This document shows positions 7,680-17,602 of a stretch of DNA of 64,000 bases, piece by piece (position 1 is the stretch's first letter; the number at the start of each line of letters is the position of its first letter). The DNA is from a virus. The position numbers and the translations under genes are program-made. Under the pieces are notes generated by a model. The model saw nothing but the letters and a program-made list of their open reading frames with translations, was not told the origin of the DNA and did no database searches. The stretch lies in the IMG/VR virus record IMGVR_UViG_3300035182_001904, one strand, 5' to 3'.

Positions 7680-10600
7680 ATGCCGGCAATGTCGCCCCGC
7701 ACTCAACAGCTCCAGGCCGGCATGAACGCGGGTCCCGACCAAGAGACAGCCCTGTTCGAACAGGGCATGTCGGAGATGGCGTACAACCTGCTGTCGACGC
7801 GTATGCCTGACCTGATGCAAGACGTCGTCACCTTCAAGGTGCTCGATGTCGACATCGACAAAGGGTCAGGTGTGGGGTCGTTCGTGGTCTTGCGCCACAA
7901 CCAACCGATCTACGTTCCGGTGGTGATGGTCGACAACGCCATCAAGCCGCTCGAGGTCTTCTATCACAAGGCCCTGAACGTCTTCCTGCCGCTCTCCAAG
8001 GGTTGGCTCGACGAGATCGACAAGACCGGACTCGCGTCCTTGGGCGCGGGTGTCAAGACGCCCGAGACGCTCTACACAGACGTCGACATCCGCAACGTCG
8101 TCGTGCCGCCGATCACCGGCCGATTCTCGTATGCCTCGTGGGTGCCCAAGGCGCTCATCGACGTCGCACGGGTGATGACGGTGGAGACGCTCGAGAAGGT
8201 CGCGAGCGAAGCAGACCTCATGCTCCCGTCGTTGCTCTCGGCCGCGCCGAACACGATGAAGGCTGCCTACGTCCGACTTCTCGAACGGAACCCGACGCTG
8301 TTCAAGCAGGCGGCGTCGACGTACGGCATGAAGACGCTCGCGGCCGCACTTCAGCCCCGCCTCGAGAAGGTCGCGGCCAGGCAGCAACATGGCGGTGCGC
8401 TGTGGATCGCCGACGCCGACAACACACCGACCGACTTCAAGCGCATCTTCGGTGACAAGGCCGGGGAGGCGTACACGGGTGTGCGCAAGAAGGGCTTCGC
8501 CGCCAAGGACGAGCGCCTGAACCGCAACATGGCGGTGCAAGAGCAGCCCTACGAGCACTGGGTCGAGCCCAAGCAGCCCGGCATCTACACGCTCTACGCA
8601 TCGGACGGGAAGGAGCGCACCGCGTTCGTGATGCCCTTCCCGATCGATCTGTTCGATGAGGGCACGCGTTACGGCCGACGTCCGGCCGTTCCCGCACACA
8701 ACCCACTCGTCGACAACTCGTACACCGATCCCGAGACGCACGGCAGCTCGAACAAGGTCTACCCGCACGGGCGGCCAGACGAGGGCAGCTACGCCACGCG
8801 CCGTGGGTATGACGCCAAGCCGTTCCTCGCGGTGTTCGACAACGGTGACTACATCGAGCCGAACAGGCTCGTGGGCCGTGATTCGATCGCGGACGGTGTC
8901 GGCGGTTCGTTGCATGCCCGCATGTTCACGGACGTCAGTGGTGAGCCCAAGGCGGGCAAGGGCTTCTTCGTCCGCCAGCGCGGCACCACGTTCCAAGCGA
9001 CGGGTCCCGTCACGATCAAGTCGATCTCGACGGGGTCGGATGGCGTCCGTCGCATCAAGGCGACGCCTGGAGACTTCGGTCCCGAGAAGACGCTCTCGAC
9101 CGACGCAGCGTATCCGTACAACACGATCTGGATGCCCAAGGGCGCCGATGTCGTCTACCTTCCGACGGACTTCATCTGGGTGCCGCTTAAGGTGCGCCTC
9201 AACGAGCGCGGCTGGTTCCAGTCAGCGCTCGACCTACAGGCATGTGTCTCGAACATGCTCTCCGCGGTCGGCGCGAAGAAGGTCTCGATCAAGGACGCAG
9301 GCGCCAAGCAGTTCTCCATCAACGGGATGGCACCGCTGAGCTTCGTGCCCGCGCTCAAGAAGCTCGCATTCGCGTGCAACATCTCGGTCGTCGATGCCGA
9401 GGCGTTGCTCGTCAAGACGGCAGCAGACCACAAGGCGACTGCGTGGATTGCGACGAGCCAACAGCTCGCGCGGGTGCAGATGCGCCTCGACAAGCTTGCG
9501 GATCAAACACCCGGTTGGTGGCGTCAGTACGCGCCGCACGCCGAACATGCAACCGTGATGCATGACGCGCACGCCGACATGCGCCTGCCGGACGGTCACG
9601 TCATTCAGAAGGGTGAGAGCATCGCGATCCTGCCCTACGACCATGATCGTGGTTGCGTTCCAATCGTGACATCCACCGGACATCACTTCTCGATCGGTCA
9701 CGAAAAGTCGGCAGCGTTGAAGTCGTACTTCAAAGGCGCGGCGGACGACGACAAGAAGAAGTCCGACTCCGACAAGCCGAAGAAGAAGGCGCCCCCGAGC
9801 GACGGACCTCCGGGCGGCGATCCCGGCATGGACCCGAGCATGGGCGGCGACCCGAACCTCGGCCAGGACGCGGCGATGGCCGCCATGGGCCAGGCTCCTC
9901 CGGCCCCGCCTCCGCCCGCTCCACTCGACCTCGCGGCGATGGAGATGGACCAGCACATCCAGCAGGAGATGCAGAAGCTGGTCGAGAAGCAGCAGACCAT
10001 CCAGATGCTGCTCCAGCGCTCGTCCGAGATCGCGGGTGGCGCGCCTCCTGCGCCGAGCGTGCAGACGCAGGCGATGGGCGCTCCTCCGTCTTCGATGAAT
10101 CTCGCGACGGGGCAACCCGGCATGCCGCCTGGCATGACGGCAGGCATGGGTGCACCGCCCCAAGACCCGTCGATGGGTGCCGCTGTTCCGCCGGGCATGC
10201 CGCCGGGCGGCGCGTTCCCGCCGGCTGCAGGTGACCCGTCGATGATGGGTGGCCAGGCGCAACAGGACCCGTCGATGAGCATGGGCGGACAGCCCGGCAT
10301 GGATCCGTCGATGAGCATGGGCGGACAGCTCGGCATGGATCCGTCGATGGGCATGGGCGGACAGCCCGGCATGGGACAAGACCCATCGATGATGAGTGGC
10401 ATGGGCGGACAGCCCGGCATGGATCCGTCGATGGGTCAGCAGCAACAGCCGCCCAACGCGACGATGCCGCCAGACGGCCCGAACGCGCAGACGCTTCCGC
10501 AGGAGGTCAATCCGCACTTCCTCGATCAAGCCGCGCAGTTGCATTCGGCAGACATGTTCGACGCAGCTGCTGTGGCAACGCTCGCGCAGTCGCCGGCACT

Positions 10601-10835
10601 TCATAGCGTGGTGGGCCAGTACCTGCCGAACCTCGAGAAGGCGGTCGACAACCTCGCGCGCGTCATGTTGACGCTGTGGATGCAGGAGTCCGCCCTCAAG
10701 CCGCAGATCGGTGAGCAGACCTTCTCGGGACTCGAGGACAACCTCCAGTCGACGTTCAAGGGGCTTGGTGACCTGGTCCTGCGCTTGAGCCGCGGGGTGC
10801 AGGCCGTCAAGGAGCCGGACGACCATGCGTCGTGA
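7680..10835 (+). CDS. Large putative head core/internal protein with long Pro/Gly/Met/Gln disordered region
   Basis: 1051 aa, strong codon bias; KxA sites (EKVA x2, KKLA, VKTAA, DKLA, EKSAA); MGGQPGMDPSM repeats. Confidence 0.7.
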   Translation: MPAMSPRTQQLQAGMNAGPDQETALFEQGMSEMAYNLLSTRMPDLMQDVVTFKVLDVDIDKGSGVGSFVVLRHNQPIYVPVVMVDNAIKPLEVFYHKALNVFLPLSKGWLDEIDKTGLASLGAGVKTPETLYTDVDIRNVVVPPITGRFSYASWVPKALIDVARVMTVETLEKVASEADLMLPSLLSAAPNTMKAAYVRLLERNPTLFKQAASTYGMKTLAAALQPRLEKVAARQQHGGALWIADADNTPTDFKRIFGDKAGEAYTGVRKKGFAAKDERLNRNMAVQEQPYEHWVEPKQPGIYTLYASDGKERTAFVMPFPIDLFDEGTRYGRRPAVPAHNPLVDNSYTDPETHGSSNKVYPHGRPDEGSYATRRGYDAKPFLAVFDNGDYIEPNRLVGRDSIADGVGGSLHARMFTDVSGEPKAGKGFFVRQRGTTFQATGPVTIKSISTGSDGVRRIKATPGDFGPEKTLSTDAAYPYNTIWMPKGADVVYLPTDFIWVPLKVRLNERGWFQSALDLQACVSNMLSAVGAKKVSIKDAGAKQFSINGMAPLSFVPALKKLAFACNISVVDAEALLVKTAADHKATAWIATSQQLARVQMRLDKLADQTPGWWRQYAPHAEHATVMHDAHADMRLPDGHVIQKGESIAILPYDHDRGCVPIVTSTGHHFSIGHEKSAALKSYFKGAADDDKKKSDSDKPKKKAPPSDGPPGGDPGMDPSMGGDPNLGQDAAMAAMGQAPPAPPPPAPLDLAAMEMDQHIQQEMQKLVEKQQTIQMLLQRSSEIAGGAPPAPSVQTQAMGAPPSSMNLATGQPGMPPGMTAGMGAPPQDPSMGAAVPPGMPPGGAFPPAAGDPSMMGGQAQQDPSMSMGGQPGMDPSMSMGGQLGMDPSMGMGGQPGMGQDPSMMSGMGGQPGMDPSMGQQQQPPNATMPPDGPNAQTLPQEVNPHFLDQAAQLHSADMFDAAAVATLAQSPALHSVVGQYLPNLEKAVDNLARVMLTLWMQESALKPQIGEQTFSGLEDNLQSTFKGLGDLVLRLSRGVQAVKEPDDHAS

Positions 10836-11496
10836 ACGCAGCCCCGACGACCGCTACCAAGCGGTGATGCGGTCGCCGCACGCGCCTGCACACGCGTACG
10901 AAGCTGCCCTTTGGAACTTCAAGACCCAAGGCGTTGCGGACGACGTGATCGAACGCGTGGTCGACGTGTACGAAGACGCGTTCGAACGCGAGCTGCTTCA
11001 AGCGTGGATCATCGCCGGTGCGTCTGACGAGGACATCAGCACACGGGGCGGCGTGCCTCCTGAACTTCTCTCGCCCTATCGCCATCTCTGCTGCAACGTT
11101 GCCGCGTTCCGCGATCGACTTGAGATGATGCGCTGGGTCAACATGTACAAGGGCTCGCGAACGGGCAAAGTCATGCTCGAGCGCGCGCTGCACTTCGACG
11201 GCATCGAGGCGATCGCACACCTCAGCGGTCGCAAGACTGTGCTTTCACCAGACCACGTCAACGAACAAGCCATGCGCGAGTCATACTTCCGCAGCATCAG
11301 CACGCTGCGTGCTTCGAGCATCGCAGGCCCGGATGCGCTCGCGGCTCACCAGCTGATGAAGACGGCGATGACGGCTGCGCAAGCGGCGGCAAACCGCGGC
11401 GAGCCGAACATGGCGGAGACGCTGCTCAAGCTCAAGCACCGCGAGGTGACGTGGCATGTCGAGGACATCGTGCCTCACGGGGAGATCCTTCACTGA
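10825..11496 (+). CDS. Hypothetical head-region protein
   Basis: Overlaps both neighbours; typical codon usage. Confidence 0.65.
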   Translation: MRRERSPDDRYQAVMRSPHAPAHAYEAALWNFKTQGVADDVIERVVDVYEDAFERELLQAWIIAGASDEDISTRGGVPPELLSPYRHLCCNVAAFRDRLEMMRWVNMYKGSRTGKVMLERALHFDGIEAIAHLSGRKTVLSPDHVNEQAMRESYFRSISTLRASSIAGPDALAAHQLMKTAMTAAQAAANRGEPNMAETLLKLKHREVTWHVEDIVPHGEILH

Positions 11497-12425
11497 TGCG
11501 TGCATTTCGCGAACAAGACTTCGATCAGATGGCCGAGCGGGTCGTCGATCGGTTCATGAACGGTGACAAGCTTGCCGATGCTGCGACCGCTGAGGCCGCA
11601 CAAGGTTCGCTGAACCCTGACCAGATCGCGCGCATGGTCCAGGCCGCGAACACGCAGGCGTTCCTGCGTCTCATGGACCAGCAGAAGGCCCAAGGACAGC
11701 CGGACATGACGAACGAGTTCGATCCGATCGACGCTCGTCAGATCGTTCAACAGCTCATCGGGCAGGTCGACGTTCCGCACATGGCTCCTGGTGGCGACGC
11801 TGGGGGCATGCCCCACGCGGAGCCCGACGGCGACGAAGGGCCGCTGCCCAACGAGATGCAGCGCCACGATCTCGCGGGCGACGAACCTGCGGTGCCTGCT
11901 GACGACGACGACGGCGCTGACGACAACGACGGTCCGTTCCCCAAAGGACCGAAGCAGAAGGCCAAGGACGACGAGGACAAGCCGAAGAAGAAGGCGCCGC
12001 CGTTCCCGCCCAAGAAGGACGAAGCCAAAGAGGCGGCGTTCCGCGATCGCCGCATCATGAAGCTGGCAGCGGTCCTCGAGGACCAGTACAAGCAGGCCGA
12101 GTGGGCGTTCGAAGACGCGTTCACCAACCTCGGAACGTTGCTCAAGCGCGCATCGGGGGCGCCCACCGCGGCTGCGTTCGAGAAGGACGCGCTCGCGCTG
12201 CACAACCACGAGATCGGTCTCGTGGTGTTGAACATGGTCAAGGAGAGCCAGGGCCTCGCGCCGATCTCCTTCGACGACGCGCACGCGAAGGTCGCGGCAC
12301 TCGCAGATCGTCATCTCGTCGACGAGACCGACGCCAACCGAACGTTCGCCACGCTGGTCAAGATCGCCGTCGAGGCCAACCGGCTCCGTCTCGGTGCCGC
12401 ACACGCGAGGTCCCAGTGCAGCTAG
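11496..12425 (+). CDS. Putative head core protein (LNPDQIARMVQAAN family)
   Basis: TGATG coupling gives ATG 11496; acidic Pro-rich linker; KEAA, KLAA, KVAA, KIA sites. Confidence 0.7.
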   Translation: MRAFREQDFDQMAERVVDRFMNGDKLADAATAEAAQGSLNPDQIARMVQAANTQAFLRLMDQQKAQGQPDMTNEFDPIDARQIVQQLIGQVDVPHMAPGGDAGGMPHAEPDGDEGPLPNEMQRHDLAGDEPAVPADDDDGADDNDGPFPKGPKQKAKDDEDKPKKKAPPFPPKKDEAKEAAFRDRRIMKLAAVLEDQYKQAEWAFEDAFTNLGTLLKRASGAPTAAAFEKDALALHNHEIGLVVLNMVKESQGLAPISFDDAHAKVAALADRHLVDETDANRTFATLVKIAVEANRLRLGAAHARSQCS

Positions 12426-13696
12426 CGGACGTGCTCGAACTGGCCGTGCGTCACGGCGTTGGTCGCTTCGTCGAGAAGCGCGCAGGCGTCATGCTGCCTC
12501 TTGCAGTGGGTGCGATGATCCCGGGCATCGTGCACAAGGCGATCGATCGTGCACACTCGACGGAGCAACAGCTCAACCGCGCCGAGTACAACCCGATGAA
12601 GACGGCCGCGGCGAACCCGTGGTCAGCGATCCTCGGACACATGCTCGGTCAGGGCGCGAGTGCGACAGGACAAGCCATCGGAGGCAACATCGCGCACGCA
12701 GGTCGCGAGATGTCAGGCCAGGGCGCCGAGTTCGGAGCTGGCGGTGCGAGCGGCCTCAAGGGCAGCTTCGGACAGCTCGGGGCATCGCCCGTAACGGGCG
12801 TCGCACAAGGCATCTCGGGCGGCATCGGCGACCTCATCAAACGCAAGATCACCGGACGCGAATTCGGTGAGAAGAAGGATCCGTTCTCCATGGGAGCGGG
12901 CGCGGCCATCCAGACGTTCGGCAAGGAGATGGGCACCACCGGCGCCAACCTCCTGCGCGACATGGCCAACAAGGCGATGGAGACCGCAAGCCATGCCGGA
13001 GACGAGGCCGCACGTCAAGCCATCTTGGGTGAGCTGAAGAAGACCGACTCGGTCCTCGCCAACGCGGACGACAAGACGCTCATGGAGGCCTACCACACGA
13101 TGTCTCGCTTCGCGCCGGTGCTCTCGACCGACAAGAATGCAGTACGGTCGTTCCTGCGTCAGGCTGTGATGTCGGGCTCGGGTCCGGACTACATGTCGAT
13201 CAAGCTGCTCGCGGATTCGGAACGCGCGGTGACCGGCGGCAACGACAAGCGCGCCATGGTGCTGCCGCCCGCGCTCGCCGAACTGCTTCCCTCGCTCGGC
13301 CGAGGAGCGTTGATGGGCGGCGGTGTCGGCGCAATCAGCGGTGCGCTTGCTGACAAGGACGACCGAGCCGGCGGCGCGATGCGCGGCGCTCTCGGCGGTG
13401 CAGCCGCGGGCGGGCTCGGCGGCGCATTGCACACGCACATGAACAAGGCGCCTGAAGCGTCGACACATCAAGGCTACGCTCGCGGCGTGGTTCCCAACCG
13501 ACAACCGCGCGAGGAGTGGCCCCTTACTGCGCTCCGCGATCTGCACCCCTATCCAGCAGGCAACACCGGCGGTGACCTCAAGAACCTGAAGTACGACGGA
13601 CAGGTCCACTCCGACAACCATCGCTGGGTGACGCCTCCCGTCCAGGATCTCGCGCGCGACCTCGAAAAACTGCAACTGCCTGGAGGCAACTCGTGA
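12416..13696 (+). CDS. Glycine-zipper-rich polyprotein-like virion protein
   Basis: Likely GTG start 12416. Hydrophobic Gly-rich segments each follow a KxA site (EKRA|GVMLPL, MKTAA|ANPWSAILG, DKRA|MVLPPAL). Confidence 0.7.
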   Translation: MQLADVLELAVRHGVGRFVEKRAGVMLPLAVGAMIPGIVHKAIDRAHSTEQQLNRAEYNPMKTAAANPWSAILGHMLGQGASATGQAIGGNIAHAGREMSGQGAEFGAGGASGLKGSFGQLGASPVTGVAQGISGGIGDLIKRKITGREFGEKKDPFSMGAGAAIQTFGKEMGTTGANLLRDMANKAMETASHAGDEAARQAILGELKKTDSVLANADDKTLMEAYHTMSRFAPVLSTDKNAVRSFLRQAVMSGSGPDYMSIKLLADSERAVTGGNDKRAMVLPPALAELLPSLGRGALMGGGVGAISGALADKDDRAGGAMRGALGGAAAGGLGGALHTHMNKAPEASTHQGYARGVVPNRQPREEWPLTALRDLHPYPAGNTGGDLKNLKYDGQVHSDNHRWVTPPVQDLARDLEKLQLPGGNS

Positions 13697-14139
13697 CCCT
13701 CGATGACCTCATCCCTCCGCACGTCACCTCCGCCGTCCGTGACCTCGGCCTCCACAAGGTCGCCGGCGCGATGCTCGGCGTTCCCGAGCTGACGATCAAG
13801 GAAGCCGTCGCGACGATCGGCATGAAGGCCTTCGTGCGTCGCAAGGAAGCGCGCGCAATCGCAGATGGCATCGCCGCGTACGCCACGCTCACCAACGAGA
13901 AGATCGCCGAGAGCCCCGCGCTCATGGCGCTGCTTCGCCGTGCCGCGATGCCGGCTGCTGCCGGTGCAGGCATCGGCATGGCACCGCACTTCCTGTCGAG
14001 CGATCCGTACGAGCAGCAGAAGAGCGCGGTCCCCGCGGGCGCTCTCGGCGCTCTGCTCGGCGGCCTGACCGGCATCGCTTCTGGGATGCACGGCCTCCCG
14101 CCGGAACTCAGCCAGGGAGTCGCGCAAGCGCTTCGCTGA
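13693..14139 (+). CDS. Glycine-zipper virion protein
   Basis: HKVA, EKIA; GALGALLGGLTG. Confidence 0.7.
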   Translation: MTLDDLIPPHVTSAVRDLGLHKVAGAMLGVPELTIKEAVATIGMKAFVRRKEARAIADGIAAYATLTNEKIAESPALMALLRRAAMPAAAGAGIGMAPHFLSSDPYEQQKSAVPAGALGALLGGLTGIASGMHGLPPELSQGVAQALR

Positions 14140-14141
14140 TC

Positions 14142-14711
14142 ATGACACCCTTCACACAAGCCCTCGAGACGTCGGTCTTCCTCGCCGAGAAGATCGCGTC
14201 CGCGCGTCCTGCAAGCGCCACGCTGCGTGAGAAGCTCGCGATGGCGGACTTCGCCGCGTTCGGGTTGTTCAAGCGTGCAGCGTTCGACCCCGCGGCGCTC
14301 TCTGCGTTGCAGAAGGGGTTGGGATGGGGTGTCGGTCTCGGCGTGCCTGCGCTTGGCGTCGGACACATGATGCTCGGCGATGCAAAGCGCCACAGCGCCG
14401 ACGTTCTACGTGACGCACGCAACCAGGCGCTTCTGACAGCCGCCGGTGTCGGAAGCATGCAGGCCCTCGGTGACATCTTTCGTGGAGGCCCCAAGCCGTC
14501 GCAATCGAGCGGCCTGGGGTCGATGGTAGACACGGGAATGTCGCCAGCCACGACGACGGCGCAGAAGCTCGCGGCTGCGATCATGGTCGATGACGTGCTT
14601 GAAGACGGCTGCTATCTGCTCGACGACCCAAGCCTCAAGCACGCGATGCTCGTCCAGCTCGTTCGCCATCGCAGCGATGCGACCAGCCTACTGCGGAGCC
14701 TTCTGCCGTGA
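14142..14711 (+). CDS. Hydrophobic virion-region protein
   Basis: EKIAS, EKLA, FKRAA|FDPAAL..GLGWGVGLGVPALGVG, QKLAA. Confidence 0.7.
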   Translation: MTPFTQALETSVFLAEKIASARPASATLREKLAMADFAAFGLFKRAAFDPAALSALQKGLGWGVGLGVPALGVGHMMLGDAKRHSADVLRDARNQALLTAAGVGSMQALGDIFRGGPKPSQSSGLGSMVDTGMSPATTTAQKLAAAIMVDDVLEDGCYLLDDPSLKHAMLVQLVRHRSDATSLLRSLLP

Positions 14712-17545
14712 AGAAGATCATCGAGCTGGACGACTACTTCCCGACGGGAGAGCCGACAGTGCAGACCGTGCTCACCTGGAACAACGGGCGCAGCGTCGAC
14801 ACCAGCCGCATCACGAAGTACGCGTCCGAGGCGCTCGACTACATCAAGGCGGTCGCGCCCGAACCGGGCAAGACGTCGCTCCTTCTCAACGCTCTCGGCG
14901 CCGAAGAGACCTACGGCCCGAACCGCAACGGTGACGGGTTCCCCGAGTTCCCTGTTCCCGCGCGTGGCAAGATCGCGTCTGTCGATCGCCGCTGGTTCGT
15001 GCCGCCCGGTGAAGAGCTGACCGAGCACTACGCGTCGTTCGAGAAGAACCCTGCCCACGCTTTCAAGCACCACGTGAACCGAGATCCGTCCAAAGCGTCC
15101 GGCGTGGTCAAGAAGGCGTTCTGGAACCCGCGCATGCACCGCGTGGAGCTGCTCGTCTCGGTCGACAACGACAAGGACCCCGAGTGGGTCAAGCGCGCCA
15201 GCGACGGTGAGTTCGTGCCTGTATCCATGGGCTGTTTCCTCGCGGGGGCCAAGGTCACGATGGCCGACGGCACCCAGAAGTGCATCGAAGACGTGCTGGT
15301 CGGTGACGAGGTAGTCACGCACCGGGGACGTGTGCGTCGCGTACTCGAGACACACAAGCGTCCGTATCGCGGGAACGTCTACACGATCCGTGCGGAAGCG
15401 CATCCGGAGATTAACGCAACCGAAGAACATCCGTTCTTCGCGACGCCGCTCGAGAGCGTCAAGCGTTTTCAGCCTGGGGGCGCGAAGTGGAAGTGGCGGG
15501 ACGATGCCAAGGTGCAGGGTGATTGGACGCACGCGAACTGTCTCGATGACCAGCTCCTGCTTGCACCCATCGATCGGACAGAGACGTCGCCCGAGTACCT
15601 GACCCGCGCGTTCGCACGCCTGTTCGGCTACTACCTTGCCGAAGGTCACATCATCTGGCGCGACGGCGCGCCCTACGCCATCGAGCTGACAACGCACAAG
15701 GACGACGCGGTCCACGGCGAGATTGCTGCGCTGTGCGCCGAGTTCGGAACACGAAACGCGCCCTGGACGTTCGAACGCAAGAACACGTCCGAGGCGCGCG
15801 GCATTCTGGTCTGTGACGATCGTCTTGCGGCCCTGTGTTACACGCACGGCAGCGCCTTGGCGAAGACCAAGCAGTTGTCACCGGCGGCAATGCAGTGGAA
15901 CACGGCGATGCAGCGCGAGATGTTCGGCGCGTACGCCAACGGCGACGGGTGCGGACGTGACGGGTGGCTCAAGATTTCAACGGCGTCGGACGCGCTCGCC
16001 GCGCAGTGGACGCGCATGTTGCCGCGTTTGGGCATCCTCGCCTCGTGCAATCAACTCACCCACAAAGCGGGCAGCGGCTTCAGCGCGACAGACACGTACG
16101 AATGGGTCGTCCACATCGGCGCACAATGGGCCCATCGACTGCGAGGGGTCTGCGCCAAGGTGGTGGCGCACGAAGTCCTGGCCAAGAAGGAAAGCCGGAA
16201 AATCGTCGACGAGTACGTTTGCACCCCCATCCGCGAGATCGACGCGCGTTACATGGAGACGGACGTCTACAATCTAGAGGTCGAGGAAGACGAGAGCTAC
16301 CTCATCGAGGGGCTAGCGGTTCACAACTGTCGCATCAAGCGCGATGTCTGCGCCCGTTGTGGCAACGAAGCGCCCACGCGCGCGGACTACTGCGATCACG
16401 TGAAGTTCGCGATGAACCAGGTCGACGAGAACGGGTTCAAGGACTACGTCCACAACCCCTCGCCCGACTTCTTCGACATCTCGCGCGTGTTCCGTCCCGC
16501 CGATCGCACCGGCTACACGCTCAAGAAGGTCGCCTACGTTCACGAGGTACGGCTCTCCGCAGAGCTTGGAGCGATCGCGGAGCGTCTCGCGCTCAAGAGT
16601 GGTGCATCGCAAAAACTCTCCGACATCGACAAGGTGATCCGCGCCGAGCCTCTCGCCTCGAGCACGCTCACGCCTGACGAGCGGTCGTTCATCGTGAAGT
16701 TCCGTGATCACGCAGGCCCCAAGCTCGCGTCGTCCGAGAACATCAACACAAACCAGCTGCTCATGTACCCACTTGGTGAAGTGCTCAGCGCTGCAGCGAC
16801 CAACGGCGTTGTCTTCAAGGACGCCGAGTTCATTGCGCTTGCATCTACCAAGCTTGCCGGTCAGATATTGCAGCTGTCTCCGTACACGCTTGCCAAGGTG
16901 GCTGCAGCCGCGCGTTGGTCGCTCAACATATTCGCTGACCGTCCAGAGATTCTGGACGAGCTGATCGAGAGTAGCGCGCTCGAGTCGTCGAAGATCGCGA
17001 ACACCTTGATGCCGTTCTTCGCGAACGTTCGCGAGAAGCGCGCGTACGCTGGCGAGATGCTCTACCGACGGCTCGTGCCCGAGGGCATCGGTCTTCGTCC
17101 TGATGCGGCGCCGACGACGGACGTGCTACACACGCCGTACGGTGACACCACACGCGGTGCTGCGATCGATGCACAAGACGCGGTCACGCGTGCGCATGTC
17201 GGCAAGGTTCTCGGTGGAACGGGTTTGCTGTTGGGCGGCTACAAGGCGCTCACCGCGTTCCCGTGGATGCGCAAGTTCAAGGTGCCGCTTGCCGTCGGTA
17301 CGACGGCTCTCGGTGCAGCAACGCTGGGCAAGCGCCCAGGTGGAACGATGCGCACTGACGAAGGCTACGACATCCCCGACATCACCGAGCTGTCAGCAAA
17401 GACTGCGTCGCAAGCAGCGATCGTCCATCTCATCGAATGCGCGCAACCGAAGGCGCGCGGGTTCGATTTCTCGAGTATCAAGATCTCGTCCCTGGCAACT
17501 TTGGATCAGGTGGCGGAAGCTCTCGGTTCCATCGTCTTGACTTGA
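14708..17545 (+). CDS. Prohead maturation protease (HK97/assemblin-like Ser protease with Cys cluster) interrupted by an intein
   Basis: N-extein HAFKHHVNRD..GVV...VSMG; C-extein CRIKRDVCARCGNEAPTRADYCDH...FFDISRVFRPAD; position upstream of scaffold and capsid genes. Confidence 0.7.
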   Translation: MKKIIELDDYFPTGEPTVQTVLTWNNGRSVDTSRITKYASEALDYIKAVAPEPGKTSLLLNALGAEETYGPNRNGDGFPEFPVPARGKIASVDRRWFVPPGEELTEHYASFEKNPAHAFKHHVNRDPSKASGVVKKAFWNPRMHRVELLVSVDNDKDPEWVKRASDGEFVPVSMGCFLAGAKVTMADGTQKCIEDVLVGDEVVTHRGRVRRVLETHKRPYRGNVYTIRAEAHPEINATEEHPFFATPLESVKRFQPGGAKWKWRDDAKVQGDWTHANCLDDQLLLAPIDRTETSPEYLTRAFARLFGYYLAEGHIIWRDGAPYAIELTTHKDDAVHGEIAALCAEFGTRNAPWTFERKNTSEARGILVCDDRLAALCYTHGSALAKTKQLSPAAMQWNTAMQREMFGAYANGDGCGRDGWLKISTASDALAAQWTRMLPRLGILASCNQLTHKAGSGFSATDTYEWVVHIGAQWAHRLRGVCAKVVAHEVLAKKESRKIVDEYVCTPIREIDARYMETDVYNLEVEEDESYLIEGLAVHNCRIKRDVCARCGNEAPTRADYCDHVKFAMNQVDENGFKDYVHNPSPDFFDISRVFRPADRTGYTLKKVAYVHEVRLSAELGAIAERLALKSGASQKLSDIDKVIRAEPLASSTLTPDERSFIVKFRDHAGPKLASSENINTNQLLMYPLGEVLSAAATNGVVFKDAEFIALASTKLAGQILQLSPYTLAKVAAAARWSLNIFADRPEILDELIESSALESSKIANTLMPFFANVREKRAYAGEMLYRRLVPEGIGLRPDAAPTTDVLHTPYGDTTRGAAIDAQDAVTRAHVGKVLGGTGLLLGGYKALTAFPWMRKFKVPLAVGTTALGAATLGKRPGGTMRTDEGYDIPDITELSAKTASQAAIVHLIECAQPKARGFDFSSIKISSLATLDQVAEALGSIVLT
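15233..16327 (+). mobile_element. Intein (365 aa) with LAGLIDADG homing endonuclease
   Basis: Block A CFLAGAKVTMADG; block B TEEHPF; LAGLIDADG motifs FGYYLAEGH and FGAYANGDG; block F/G VYNLEVEEDESYLIEGLAVHN followed by Cys+1. Confidence 0.95.
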
Positions 17546-17547
17546 AT

Positions 17548-17576
17548 TTGTTTTTCCGCGCACGGCCCACTATCAT
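17548..17576 (+). promoter_or_regulatory. sigma70-like promoter TTGTTT-N17-TATCAT heading the scaffold-capsid operon
   Basis: Exact 17-nt spacer, intergenic; identical hexamers at 34782-34810. Confidence 0.55.
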
Positions 17577-17602
17577 TTTCACCGTAACGGAGACGGCAAT
17601 CC

